In this document: positions 50,376 to 60,333 of the stretch, piece by piece
How the letters are laid out: every line of letters starts with the position of its first letter
How positions within the stretch are numbered: position 1 is the first letter of the stretch
NCBI GenBank assembly: GCA_964291655.2
Contig: OZ219801.1
Coordinates: 32,001 to 96,000, forward strand
Length of the DNA stretch: 64,000 nucleotides
Direction: 5' to 3'
DNA from: Chloroflexota bacterium
Lineage (GTDB): Bacteria > Chloroflexota > UBA11872 > VXOZ01
Notes under the pieces: model-generated
Databases searched by the model: none
What the model was told of the DNA's origin: nothing
The model's input: only the letters and a program-made list of their open reading frames with translations
Program-made: the position numbers and the translations under genes

Positions 50376-51371
50376 TTATGCGACAGCCTCCTGAGCTTTC
50401 TTGACAGCATGAACCATGTTTTTCAGCTTGTCGTACGCGGTCTCTCTGGGCAAGAACTCCAAGCCGGTGTTTGGGCTGATGGCTAAGCGCTCTCCAGATA
50501 CGTGCTCTGTTGCGTAACGCACACTCTCTAGCACGGCTTCTTCGGTCTCCATGCGCACGTTGCGCGCGTCGATAATCCCAAGCATGAGATCTCTATCGTC
50601 GGGAAACTCAGGTACAAGCGCAAGGTTGCCCTTGCCATGCACCATGTCAAGTCCAAATCCCTGAAACGGCAGCGCGAAGAAGTCAGGCAACCCTGCGGCA
50701 TCACCAAAATCGGTTCGCAATAGCGTCGTGGCACCCACGCCATCCATGAGCACGTCCATCGCCTCCTTGAAGATGCCCCAGTCACCCTTATAGCGGTGCC
50801 AGACAATCGCAGGTTCATCAACTTGGATCAGCGGGGGATCAGTCGCCGCCAACGCTTTCATCTCCTGGTTCAGAGCACGTGCCGTATCCAATACAAGGGT
50901 CTGCAGGTCAACGACTTCATCAGAGACGGCGTAAGCCCCGAGCAGTGAGAGTTTTGCGATGGTATAGGGTCCGGTGACCACAGGCTTCACAGGCCTTGTA
51001 GCATGGTCACGGGCAAACTCATAGTCGTGTACGAGAATTGGCCCTTGCCACGCAATGCGCCCGGTTGCCTCCGGCTGGCGGTAAAAGGTGTTTGTGTCAA
51101 AGTAGCGGATGAGACCGCCTATCTCGTAGCCATCGAGTTTGCCCGCGATGTACGTCACCGGATCTTGCCAGCGAATCTGGCCGTCAGCAATCACGTCTAT
51201 GCCGGCACGCTCCTGCTCGCCGATCACTTCGATCGTCACTTCATCCGCCGCGGCGGCGAGCTCGTCTGCTGATATGCGCCCCCTATCAAAGGAGGCGATG
51301 GCGCGGCGCAACGTCTGACCACCGCGTCTATTGGCTATTTTCGGATAGTTCCCTGGGACCGTACTGATCAT
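50376..51371 (-). CDS. MetE N-terminal-half-like protein (split MetE partner)
   Basis: GNYPKI, RYFDTNTFYRQP, TGPYT, QVDEP, GIIDARN; no zinc ligands. Confidence 0.82.
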   Translation of the reverse strand: MISTVPGNYPKIANRRGGQTLRRAIASFDRGRISADELAAAADEVTIEVIGEQERAGIDVIADGQIRWQDPVTYIAGKLDGYEIGGLIRYFDTNTFYRQPEATGRIAWQGPILVHDYEFARDHATRPVKPVVTGPYTIAKLSLLGAYAVSDEVVDLQTLVLDTARALNQEMKALAATDPPLIQVDEPAIVWHRYKGDWGIFKEAMDVLMDGVGATTLLRTDFGDAAGLPDFFALPFQGFGLDMVHGKGNLALVPEFPDDRDLMLGIIDARNVRMETEEAVLESVRYATEHVSGERLAISPNTGLEFLPRETAYDKLKNMVHAVKKAQEAVA

Positions 51372-51820
51372 ATATAACTCCTGTTATGTGGCCCTGCTAC
51401 TTACACACACTATGGTATGGCAGACAGTACCAAATTTCAAAACGAGAGAAGACGGAGTTCTATTCTGAGAGCTCAAGAGATGAGAGGAAAGGTGACAGCG
51501 CCCTTAAAGGGGGACGGTAGATCTCCTACAATCAATTCAAGAACTACGCCATGCAGGCACAGCCGGCAGTCTCTCATGCGCAAAGAACTACCTTTCACAG
51601 CGTTACCGATTCCCTCATTGTGTGACAGTAGCTGCTCCCTCGGCTATGCTAGATACACACTGATTCTGCCAGGTTGCGAGGTTTTGCCGCAGCAAGTTCT
51701 TGACCAACTGCCACTAGGTACAGAGGCTGAATCACACTCGTCCTGCGGGATTTCGGCCGGACCCGCCCTCTGCAAGTCGCTGGGCTCCAAAGCATCAAGC
51801 TAGCGAAAGGATGTTACTCC

Positions 51821-52966
51821 GTGCGGATAAGCGATGTTGAGACGCACGTCTTAGGCGACAATTGGCGCAACATAGTCTTCGTGCGTGTGCTCACGGACGA
51901 AGGGCTATACGGAATCGGCGAAGCAACCATCCAAAACCGCGATGAAGCTGTCGTGGCATACATTCAGGCCGCCAAGAACCGCCACATTGTCGGCAGCGAT
52001 CCCTTCAACATCGAGGACCTCTGGACGCGCATGTATCGCGACGATTTCTGGCGAGGGGGTCCCGTCGCCAACACTGCCCTCAGTGCTGTGGAGATTGCCT
52101 GCTGGGACATAGTGGGCAAAGCGCTCGACACGCCGGTTTATCGACTGCTCGGGGGCCAATGCCACGAGCGGCTGAAAGCGTACGCCAATGGTTGGTACAC
52201 CGGCGACCGCACACCTGAAGACTTTGCCAGGCGAGCGAAGACTGTGGTTGAAAAAGGCTACCGCGCCCTGAAGGTGGACCCCTTTGGAGCTGGCACCTAT
52301 GAGATGGAGGCGGAGGAGAAGCGCAAGTCAATTGCGCTGGTCGAAGCCATCCGCGACGCCGTCGGCCCCGACGTCGAAATCTTCATAGAAATGCACGGGA
52401 GATTCAGTCCGGCAACCGCAATCGAAATCGCCCGCGAACTTGAGCCCTTCAATCCCGGCTGGGTTGAGGAGCCGGTTCCCCCGGAAGACCAAGATGCATT
52501 GGAGCGAGCGGCGCGCGACATTCACGTCCCCGTGGCCACGGGTGAGAGAATCTTCACGCGCTATGAATACGCCCGTTTTTTCGCCCGCAACGTCGTGGAC
52601 ATCGTCCAACCGGACATCATTCATGCCGGCGGTATCATGGAGTTCAAGAAAATCGCGGCTATGGCCGACGCCCACTACGTCATGGTGGCGCCACACTGTT
52701 CCAATGGGCCTGTTTGCACGGCTGCCAGCGTACACTTCGATTTCTGCACGACCAACGTAAAGGTCCAAGAGTGCTTTGACGACTTTGCGCCGGACTTTGT
52801 GCGCGAAGCAGTTATCGGATTTCCCAGAGTAAAGGATGGGTATTTCTCCCCGCCTGAAGCGCCCGGCTTGGGCATCGACCTCAATCTGGACGTAATCAAG
52901 GAACACCCCTACCGATTCGGCCACTTTAACCTCTTTGCGGACGATTGGCAGCGCCGCGCGTATTAG
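51821..52966 (+). CDS. Mandelate racemase/enolase-superfamily dehydratase (DgoD-like)
   Basis: WDIVGKAL..PVYRLLGG, KVD, EMHGR, WVEEP, ATGER, QPD, APH. Confidence 0.9.
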   Translation: MRISDVETHVLGDNWRNIVFVRVLTDEGLYGIGEATIQNRDEAVVAYIQAAKNRHIVGSDPFNIEDLWTRMYRDDFWRGGPVANTALSAVEIACWDIVGKALDTPVYRLLGGQCHERLKAYANGWYTGDRTPEDFARRAKTVVEKGYRALKVDPFGAGTYEMEAEEKRKSIALVEAIRDAVGPDVEIFIEMHGRFSPATAIEIARELEPFNPGWVEEPVPPEDQDALERAARDIHVPVATGERIFTRYEYARFFARNVVDIVQPDIIHAGGIMEFKKIAAMADAHYVMVAPHCSNGPVCTAASVHFDFCTTNVKVQECFDDFAPDFVREAVIGFPRVKDGYFSPPEAPGLGIDLNLDVIKEHPYRFGHFNLFADDWQRRAY

Positions 52967-53081
52967 AATCTACCCCAATATATGGTGGTTTTTCCCATTT
53001 AGTGCTCAGCACTTCTCCTAAGCGTCGAAGTACGAGAGTTACTTGTGGTTAAGACGGATTGGTCTGCAAGTAGGTTGAGCC

Positions 53082-53283
53082 ATGCCGAAAGTGCGGGACG
53101 CCATTTGACTGGTGGAGGGTGAAGGCTGGGCACGTGCGGACTCGAGGCAGCCATCGCCACTACCGTCACCCCACTAAGACTGGAATAGTTACTATAGCGG
53201 GTAAGCTGAGCAAGGAACTTGCACCCAAAACATGGAACAGCATCCTGCCGCAGGCTGGCATTCACGAAGGGGGTCAATCGTGA
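53082..53283 (+). pseudogene. hicA: HicA toxin pseudogene
   Basis: MPKVRDAI*LVEGEGW, frameshift, then HVRTRGSHRHYRHPTKTGIVTIAG...PKTWNSILPQAGI; absent from the ORF track. Confidence 0.82.
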
Positions 53284-53486
53284 AACACATCATCGTCATT
53301 GAAAAAACCGACACCGGCTACTCGGCATGTGTACGCGACTTGCCGGGCTGTGTGGCTGCCGCGGATACGCAAGCGGAAGTGGACGATCTGATTCGAAAAG
53401 CCGTTGCCCATCATGTTGCTCTGCTCCACGAGCACGGCGACCCGGTGCCGGAATCACAAGCCACCACTGGCTTGGTCGAGGTGTAG
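53280..53486 (+). CDS. hicB: HicB family antitoxin (short form)
   Basis: IIVIEKTDTGYSACVRDLPGCVAAADT..E..LHEHGDPVP; GTG overlaps the hicA stop. Confidence 0.85.
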   Translation: MKHIIVIEKTDTGYSACVRDLPGCVAAADTQAEVDDLIRKAVAHHVALLHEHGDPVPESQATTGLVEV

Positions 53487-53549
53487 GCACATCCTACCAG
53501 CCAAGTTTTCCATGCGCTCGCCAGTTGGCACATCGAGAGGGGAGAGAGC

Positions 53550-53972
53550 ATGAACATCAACACGGACTTCCTCGCTCGCTGTATCCTGACCTTGGAGAGT
53601 GCGTCTGCGCAGTTGCAGCAGCATGAAGCGGACAGCATCGCCTACGACATCATGCGCGCCGCGTGCGTTAAGGAGTTCGAATTGGTCTTGGAGCAGAGCG
53701 GCAATCTACTGGGGAAGCGGCTCAGGCCCTACTTCGTCAGCAATCTGCAGGCCGATCGGCTTACCTTCAAGGATCGCTTTCGCCATGCCGCGAAGCACGG
53801 GTTGATCTCCGTCGAGAGTTGCGAACGCTGGCTCGCGTACCGGGATGCCCGCAACGATTCGGCGCACCGGTACGGCGCGGGCTTTGCAGGGACAACGCTT
53901 AAGCTGCTGCCCACCTTCATAAGCGACGCCAAGGCACTGACGCGCGTCATTGCGGAGGGCTCCGATGACTGA
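53550..53972 (+). CDS. HEPN toxin (HI0074-like nucleotidyltransferase substrate-binding family)
   Basis: RAACVKEFELVLE, RNDSAHRY (RX4HXY). Confidence 0.85.
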   Translation: MNINTDFLARCILTLESASAQLQQHEADSIAYDIMRAACVKEFELVLEQSGNLLGKRLRPYFVSNLQADRLTFKDRFRHAAKHGLISVESCERWLAYRDARNDSAHRYGAGFAGTTLKLLPTFISDAKALTRVIAEGSDD

Positions 53973-54297
53973 ACGGCTGGACCTGCCCGGCCGCTGCCGC
54001 CGGCAAATCGAAGCGCTGCTGCGCGCGTGCTTGCCCGGGGTAGAGGCGTGGGCCTACGGCAGCCGCGTCAACGGGAGGAGTCACCCGGGCAGCGATCTCG
54101 ACTTGGCGCTACGCACTCCCACCCTGGAACCGATACCGGACGCCTTGCTGCGGGAGTTTACCGCGGCGTTGGAGCGGTCGAATGTCCCCATCCTGGTCCA
54201 AGCTCACGACTGGGCGCGCTTGCCGGAGAGCTTCCATCGCGAAATCGAACGCAACCACGTGGTCCTCGACGTAGAGCACAGTGTCTCTGGCGGTTGA
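53965..54297 (+). CDS. Minimal nucleotidyltransferase (MNT) antitoxin
   Basis: WAYGSRVNG...SDLDL; overlaps the HEPN gene end. Confidence 0.85.
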   Translation: MTERLDLPGRCRRQIEALLRACLPGVEAWAYGSRVNGRSHPGSDLDLALRTPTLEPIPDALLREFTAALERSNVPILVQAHDWARLPESFHREIERNHVVLDVEHSVSGG

Positions 54298-54510
54298 ACT
54301 GGCAGCGACCTTGACGAAATCAAAAGCTGCAGAGAGTGCCAAAGTTTTCCCTTTCGTCCAAGACCCGCCACGAACAGGGGTGTCCCGGCGCGGTCGTTTC
54401 ATGCCTAAGAGTTGGGCATGCTATCAAGCTGATAGAATGGCACGCAGTGGTGTTGCCCTAGAGCATTCAGAGTTCTGTTAGAGAAGACCCTTCCGTTGGA
54501 GAAGACCCAA

Positions 54511-55683
54511 ATGAAATTCGACCTGATCCTGCGTAACGGCGATATCATCGATCCCGGAGAGGGCAGGCGCTTCACCGGCGACATTGGCATCGCTGACGGC
54601 AGTTTTGCTGCCATTACGGAGGGCACACTCGCGGGCGCCGCCGGACAAGAGATTGACGTCGCCGGGCAGCTCGTTACCCCCGGGCTGGTGGACTTGCACG
54701 GGCACTGCTACTGGGGCGTGGGCGGCACCGGCCTCGATCCGGATTTGGTCGGCGCGCGGCATGGCGTAACCACCTGGATCGATCCCGGCAGCAGCGGCGC
54801 CGCGACGTTCCCCGCATTCAAACGTTTCATCATCGAACCGTCGCAGGTTCGGGTTATTCCCTTGCTCAATCTCAGCGCCAAGGGCCTCGTGCATTGCCAG
54901 GAGGTCGGCGAACTAAACAACATGACGTATGTCGATACGGAACTCAACGCAGCCACCCTGGAGATGCACCGCGGCCTCATCGCCGGTATTAAGATTCGTG
55001 CCGGTCGCTCCAGCACCGGGCACACCGGAATGATGGCTTTGTGGGCGGGGCGCGAGCTCTGCGACCAGTATTCAGTGCCGCTCATGGTGCATATTTCCAT
55101 GCCGGCGCCAACATTGCAGGAGTTGCTTCCCATGCTGCGCGCGGGCGATATCGTTACGCACTGCTTTCATGGCAAGCCCGGCGGCATCTTGATGCGTGGC
55201 CGCGTCCGAGATGAGGCCTGGGCAGCCCGCGAGCGCGGCGTGCTCTTCGACGTGGGTCACGGCAATAGCAGCTTTTCGTTTCCCGTCACCGCCGCTGCCA
55301 TGGAACAAGGATTTCCACCCGATTCCATCAGCACCGACTTGCATCAGAGGAGCATACGCACCTCGGCAAAGAGCTTTCCCTACGTGATGTCAAAGTTCCT
55401 TGCCCTCGGCATGGATATCGAAACCGTTGTCCGGCTCAGCACGCTAACTCCCGCGCAGTCAGTAGGATACGACCACGTTTGCGGCCGGCTTAACGTCGGC
55501 GCGCCGGCGGACATTGCTGTTTTCCGCGTCGACGAAGGCAATTTCACCTTCTTGGATCCGCAGGGCGAGGAGCGAGACGGCAGGCAGCAGTTAGAAAATA
55601 CCCACACTATCGCGAATGGTGTGCCGCTGGATCGGAGCCGCGATCCACTCGCTGACGATCCGTTTCCGCTGTCGACAATTTGA
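54511..55683 (+). CDS. Amidohydrolase/deacetylase, dihydroorotase-like
   Basis: PGLVDLHGH, GIKIR, LMVH, VTHCFHG, DVGHG, ISTDLH. Confidence 0.88.
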   Translation: MKFDLILRNGDIIDPGEGRRFTGDIGIADGSFAAITEGTLAGAAGQEIDVAGQLVTPGLVDLHGHCYWGVGGTGLDPDLVGARHGVTTWIDPGSSGAATFPAFKRFIIEPSQVRVIPLLNLSAKGLVHCQEVGELNNMTYVDTELNAATLEMHRGLIAGIKIRAGRSSTGHTGMMALWAGRELCDQYSVPLMVHISMPAPTLQELLPMLRAGDIVTHCFHGKPGGILMRGRVRDEAWAARERGVLFDVGHGNSSFSFPVTAAAMEQGFPPDSISTDLHQRSIRTSAKSFPYVMSKFLALGMDIETVVRLSTLTPAQSVGYDHVCGRLNVGAPADIAVFRVDEGNFTFLDPQGEERDGRQQLENTHTIANGVPLDRSRDPLADDPFPLSTI

Positions 55684-55741
55684 TGCGTCGCGCGCACCTT
55701 CGCGGGCAGGACTTTTGCCGCCCCGCAATGGGATAGATGCT

Positions 55742-57283
55742 ATGCAGTTCAAGTTCCTCCACACTGCAGACATTCATCTCGGCTACCAGCAATATGGCCT
55801 GCACGAGCGTTACGACGATTTTGTCGATGCATTTCAGTGGGTCATCGACACTGCGTTAGAAGAGCGCGTTGACTTTCTCTTGATTGCCGGTGACCTCTTT
55901 GAGAAACGCACTCTCGACCCGCGCACACTCCTCATCGCCGTCACGGAGTTTGAACGACTGAAAGAAGCGGGAATCCCTGTAGTTGCCATCGAGGGAAATC
56001 ACGAGCGTTCCTACGGCGATAGTCTTTCCTGGATGGAGTACCTCAATCAGAGGGGCCTTCTCTATCTGTTGAATTGTGCGCGCCACGACCAGGGTTGGAC
56101 GCCGCAGCCCTGGGACGAAGAGGAGCGCATTGGCGGATACGTGGACCTGGCGGGAGCACGCATCTACGGCCTCAGATACCAAGGCGCTCAGACCGGCGCG
56201 GCGCTTAGCGAAATCGGGGCCGCCATAGGTGCTGCTGCGTACTCTGACGCTGAATTCTCTATCTTTCTCTCGCACACTTCTGTCGAGGGATACTACGACC
56301 AAGGACATCCGTTTGCACGCCAACAAGACCTAGGCACTCTCAGACACTGTGTGGACTATTTCGCCTTAGGCCACATTCACGCCCCGTATCGTGGAACACT
56401 TGACGGGAAGGAATGGCTTTTCAATCCCGGGTGTCCGGAAACTTGGAGCAGTGAAGAGTGGCAATATCGTGAAAAGGGCGCCATCCTCGTGACGGTAGAC
56501 ACAGACCAGACACCGTCCTTTTGCGCAACCACGTGCAACTACCCGATGCGCCGCCCTTTCATGCATATCCGGCAAGAACTGGATGCCTGCCCGACTCCAA
56601 GCGCACTGGTGCAACTCCTCGAGAAGAAGATTGAGCGCGAACCGGCACCACGCGGGGACGTAGAGCCACTGCTGCAGGGTAAAGTAGCCCATACCGTTCA
56701 CCGCCGTACCTCCCCAGCGCAAAAGTCCCCAGTGGTTGAGATTTTGCTTACGGGCGTCGCCCGGTTCTCGCGCACCGAAATCAATACCGAAGCCATCGAG
56801 CACCTGGCGAAGAAGCATATTGACCCCCTGATCGTGCGTGTACGATCATCGCTGCAAGAGGCTCCCACGAGCCTGGTAGACGGCAATGACACGCTTGACC
56901 GTAACGAGTTGGAACGCATGGTTTTTGAAAACCTCGTCCGGGCCGACGATCGTTTTGCGGCGACTGCGGCTGAGGTGGGCCAGATCGCAGTCATACTAAA
57001 GCAAATGGTCCTCGACGGGGTCACGGCCACAGAGATCGCAGAGGAGGTGGGGCGCCGCCTGCGCGAGCAGACGCAGGTCACACAGGACAAGGCGAATTCA
57101 CCTGTACCGACAGGCAACCAGAGCGGAGAAGCCGCTGATGAGGAGTGGCGTGATGAAGATGCTCCCTCGACACAGAGCGGAGAGGGTCGAGGGGAAAGCG
57201 GTCGCCTATCGCGCTACGTTCAGCAAGACAATCTTTTCGGTTCGATTCCGCCGGGCGACGGACCGGCTCAGTACTCAGACTGA
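55742..57283 (+). CDS. sbcD: Mre11/SbcD DNA nuclease
   Basis: HTADIHLG, AGDLF, EGNHE, SH, ALGHIH; upstream of Rad50/SbcC. Confidence 0.9.
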   Translation: MQFKFLHTADIHLGYQQYGLHERYDDFVDAFQWVIDTALEERVDFLLIAGDLFEKRTLDPRTLLIAVTEFERLKEAGIPVVAIEGNHERSYGDSLSWMEYLNQRGLLYLLNCARHDQGWTPQPWDEEERIGGYVDLAGARIYGLRYQGAQTGAALSEIGAAIGAAAYSDAEFSIFLSHTSVEGYYDQGHPFARQQDLGTLRHCVDYFALGHIHAPYRGTLDGKEWLFNPGCPETWSSEEWQYREKGAILVTVDTDQTPSFCATTCNYPMRRPFMHIRQELDACPTPSALVQLLEKKIEREPAPRGDVEPLLQGKVAHTVHRRTSPAQKSPVVEILLTGVARFSRTEINTEAIEHLAKKHIDPLIVRVRSSLQEAPTSLVDGNDTLDRNELERMVFENLVRADDRFAATAAEVGQIAVILKQMVLDGVTATEIAEEVGRRLREQTQVTQDKANSPVPTGNQSGEAADEEWRDEDAPSTQSGEGRGESGRLSRYVQQDNLFGSIPPGDGPAQYSD

Positions 57284-57289
57284 CTCCTG

Positions 57290-60205
57290 ATGCGCATTAC
57301 CGAAGTGTATCTGAAGAACGTCAAGAGCTACCAGGAAGCTACCATCCGGTTTCCGGTTGGCACCATTGCCATCTTCGGGCCAAATGGTGCTGGCAAGACC
57401 ACAATCTTGGAAGCTATCGGCTTTGCCCTCTTCGACTTCCTGCCGTACCGCAACCAGCGGGAATTCATGCGGCACAATGCGTTAGAGGCGGACGTGCGTG
57501 TGACGTTTCTTTCCCGTCTCGACGAGTGCGAATACCAAGCCGTACGCACGCTGAAGCGTTCCGCCGGCAGCGCAGATTCGGTGACGTCCACTTATTATGT
57601 TTACAGCTTCGATAGGGAGGGACGTGTTGCCCAACAGAAACAGGACGTGCAGGCGTTTCTTCGCCAACACATTGGTCTGGATGAGTATGAAGACCTCGCA
57701 CGAGTATTCGCCGACGTGCTTGGCGTGCCGCAGGGGCGGCTAACAGCCGACTTCCTGCTTACTCCCTCCCAGCGCAAGGACACCTTCGATCCATTGCTGC
57801 GGGTTGATGCGTACCGTCAGGTGTACGAAAGGCTCCGCGATGTCCTTGATGCACTCCGAGGCAATGTCTCGGACCAAGAGCGGCGCGTCTCTGCCTTGGA
57901 ACCGGAAGCCGAGCGCTTGCCCAACGAATTAGCGGCGCTCGCCGTATTCGTGAAACAGCATGCCGAGACGACGCAAGAGATCCGCATCTTGGCCGCGGAC
58001 CAAGCACGCCTGCACGCAGAACAACAGCGTCTGGAAACCCAGCGCCAGACGCTGGAGCAGCAACGTGAACAGGTAAGGCGCCTCACACAACAGCAGCAAG
58101 ACATTCAGAATCGTCTCGAGGCGGAGCGAGCCCAGGCCGCTGCAGCCGCGCTCGCAGAAGCTCGTACAAATGAGGCCGCGGCGGGGTACGTCGCCTACCG
58201 CAAGGCACAAGATGAGCTAACTACGCTGGAAGAGGATCGCAAGTCTGCCGATGAGCTTCGCCAGAACGAATTTTCAGTGGAAAGAAAGCTCGTGGCCTTG
58301 CGGACGAGACAGACCGCGCTTGCAAAGGGCGTGCAAGAGTCAAGCGACGCAACAGCAAAGCGCACGGCCCTGGAGCCCCAGGTCGCGCGGCAGGAGCGCC
58401 TGGAAGCGCAATTCCTGCAATTCGGCCGCGATCTCGACTACGTTCGGCAACATGGCGAGCAGGTAACGCAAATCCTGCGGCGGGTTGCTGCCGGCCGGAG
58501 CGACGGTCTGAGAGAACTGGCGTCTGCAGACTTGCCCGCGGCGCCAAGCGAGGCCGCTGGGTACGCTCGGGCCCGCCTTAGCGAGCAGCACGAAGACCTG
58601 CGGGAGATCGGGTTGTGGCTTGAACGGCGAGACGATCTGCGTAAACGATTCACTCAGACCCAACCCAAGCGCGATGAAACGGCAAAAGCCATTGCGCATT
58701 GTGAGTCATTCGTCGCGATCGCGGCGCAGCTTGAAGGCCTTGAACAACAGTTGCAGTCGGTCAGAGACCAGCTTAGCGCCTACGAAGCACAAAGACGTTT
58801 CAATCAAGACTCCCAAGCAATGGCCGCCGATGGCCTCTGTCCCTTTTACAAGGACTTCTGTCCAAAGGTGGAAGAGGGCCAAAGCCTGATTCCAATTATT
58901 GCCGGTCTCGTGCGCGACCAAGTGGACCAGGCCGACAAACTGCAGGCAGAGAGGGCAAGGATCGAACAGGAAGTGGGCAGGGCAAGGGCAGCTCAGAAAG
59001 AGGTTGATCGTCTGGGTGACCTGGCGCCGCGCTTACAGCATCTCGAGAGGGATCTCCACGACTTTGACCAGCAGCAGCAAGACCTGACACGGCGCATCGA
59101 TGATCGCCTGCAGGGAGCATGGTCGGAACAGGTCATTGCAAAGGTACTCAGAGAGCTTGAAGAAAAAGAGGAGACCCTCCGGCAAGAGTTAAGAAGCTTA
59201 GGGAATCCACGTCAGATTGCGGACCGTCTGTACGACGCCTCCAGCGAGCATGAGGAGCGCGCTGAATCCCTTGCCGCGGTCACACGCGAACTCCGAACGT
59301 CTGAAGAGGAGTTGGCGGGAATGAGCGAGCGCCTAGAGCCTTACGCAGACCTCGACCGCCGAGTAGCCCAGCAGCGCCAAATAGCAGATACTCACCGTAA
59401 TGACTTTGAAGTGTACCTGCAGCATGAGCAAATAGCAGCCGACCTACCACGCCGAAAAGGGCTAGTGGCGTCTCTCGCCGGCGATAAGGAGAAGAACGCG
59501 CGGGCCGTCGCGGAGTCTCAGCAACTACTCACAACGTGCGAGGAGTCTTGGAATCCGGCCGCACTCAGTGAGATTCAAAAGAACTTGAATAAGGCCCAGG
59601 TTCAGTTAGGCGCCGCGAACGAACGGTCCCGCTATTTGAGTAAGCAGATTTTACTCACGAAGCAAGAGATCGCCGCCCTCGAGGAGTCTGCACGGGAAAT
59701 GGAAGACGCCAAACAGGCGCTGGCGGCTGCGCAAGAGGTGTTTACGGTAACCGCCTTCTTGCGCAACGTCATTCGCGATGCAGGTCCCCACATCGCCCGC
59801 CACCTCATTCAACAGATTTCGGCGGAAGCCAATACACTTTTTAGCGAGATTATGGGAGATGCTTCCGCAGAACTCTCACTCACTGAAGACTACGACATAC
59901 TTCTAGAGCAACACGGACACCGGCGCGCGTTCCTGCAACTGTCCGGCGGCGAGCAGATGAGCGCTGCCGTGGCCGTGCGCTTAGGACTCTTGCGCCAACT
60001 CTCCGACATCAATATTGCCTTCTTCGACGAACCGACCCAGAATATGGATGCGGAGCGCCGACACAATCTGGCCGAACAGCTTGAACGAGTAACGGGCTTC
60101 CAACAACTCTTCGTCATAAGCCACGACGATACCTTCGAACCGATGGTTTCTTCAGTGGTGCGGGTGCGCAAAGAGAATGGCGTAAGTACTGCGGAAGTGG
60201 AATAG
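57290..60205 (+). CDS. sbcC: Rad50/SbcC SMC-type ATPase
   Basis: Walker A GPNGAGKT, Q-loop VPQG, long coiled coil with central CPFYKDFC, LSGGE, FFDEPT, ISHD. Confidence 0.92.
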   Translation: MRITEVYLKNVKSYQEATIRFPVGTIAIFGPNGAGKTTILEAIGFALFDFLPYRNQREFMRHNALEADVRVTFLSRLDECEYQAVRTLKRSAGSADSVTSTYYVYSFDREGRVAQQKQDVQAFLRQHIGLDEYEDLARVFADVLGVPQGRLTADFLLTPSQRKDTFDPLLRVDAYRQVYERLRDVLDALRGNVSDQERRVSALEPEAERLPNELAALAVFVKQHAETTQEIRILAADQARLHAEQQRLETQRQTLEQQREQVRRLTQQQQDIQNRLEAERAQAAAAALAEARTNEAAAGYVAYRKAQDELTTLEEDRKSADELRQNEFSVERKLVALRTRQTALAKGVQESSDATAKRTALEPQVARQERLEAQFLQFGRDLDYVRQHGEQVTQILRRVAAGRSDGLRELASADLPAAPSEAAGYARARLSEQHEDLREIGLWLERRDDLRKRFTQTQPKRDETAKAIAHCESFVAIAAQLEGLEQQLQSVRDQLSAYEAQRRFNQDSQAMAADGLCPFYKDFCPKVEEGQSLIPIIAGLVRDQVDQADKLQAERARIEQEVGRARAAQKEVDRLGDLAPRLQHLERDLHDFDQQQQDLTRRIDDRLQGAWSEQVIAKVLRELEEKEETLRQELRSLGNPRQIADRLYDASSEHEERAESLAAVTRELRTSEEELAGMSERLEPYADLDRRVAQQRQIADTHRNDFEVYLQHEQIAADLPRRKGLVASLAGDKEKNARAVAESQQLLTTCEESWNPAALSEIQKNLNKAQVQLGAANERSRYLSKQILLTKQEIAALEESAREMEDAKQALAAAQEVFTVTAFLRNVIRDAGPHIARHLIQQISAEANTLFSEIMGDASAELSLTEDYDILLEQHGHRRAFLQLSGGEQMSAAVAVRLGLLRQLSDINIAFFDEPTQNMDAERRHNLAEQLERVTGFQQLFVISHDDTFEPMVSSVVRVRKENGVSTAEVE

Positions 60206-60333
60206 CGCTGGTTCTCAAACACTGATGTACCCGTCAGGTTGTCACGCAGCACCACAATGAGCAATGCCATAGACGCACGGCCTCGCGGCAGACGCGGGAT
60301 CGCCCCCTTCCGCGGGCAAGTGCGGAGGACTTC

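Noticed and set aside
51540-51625. Cobalamin or SAM riboswitch upstream of split MetE (minus strand AGGGAATCGGT...GAGACTGCC)
   Set aside because: Only fragments of the consensus and no convincing core; an Rfam scan would decide.
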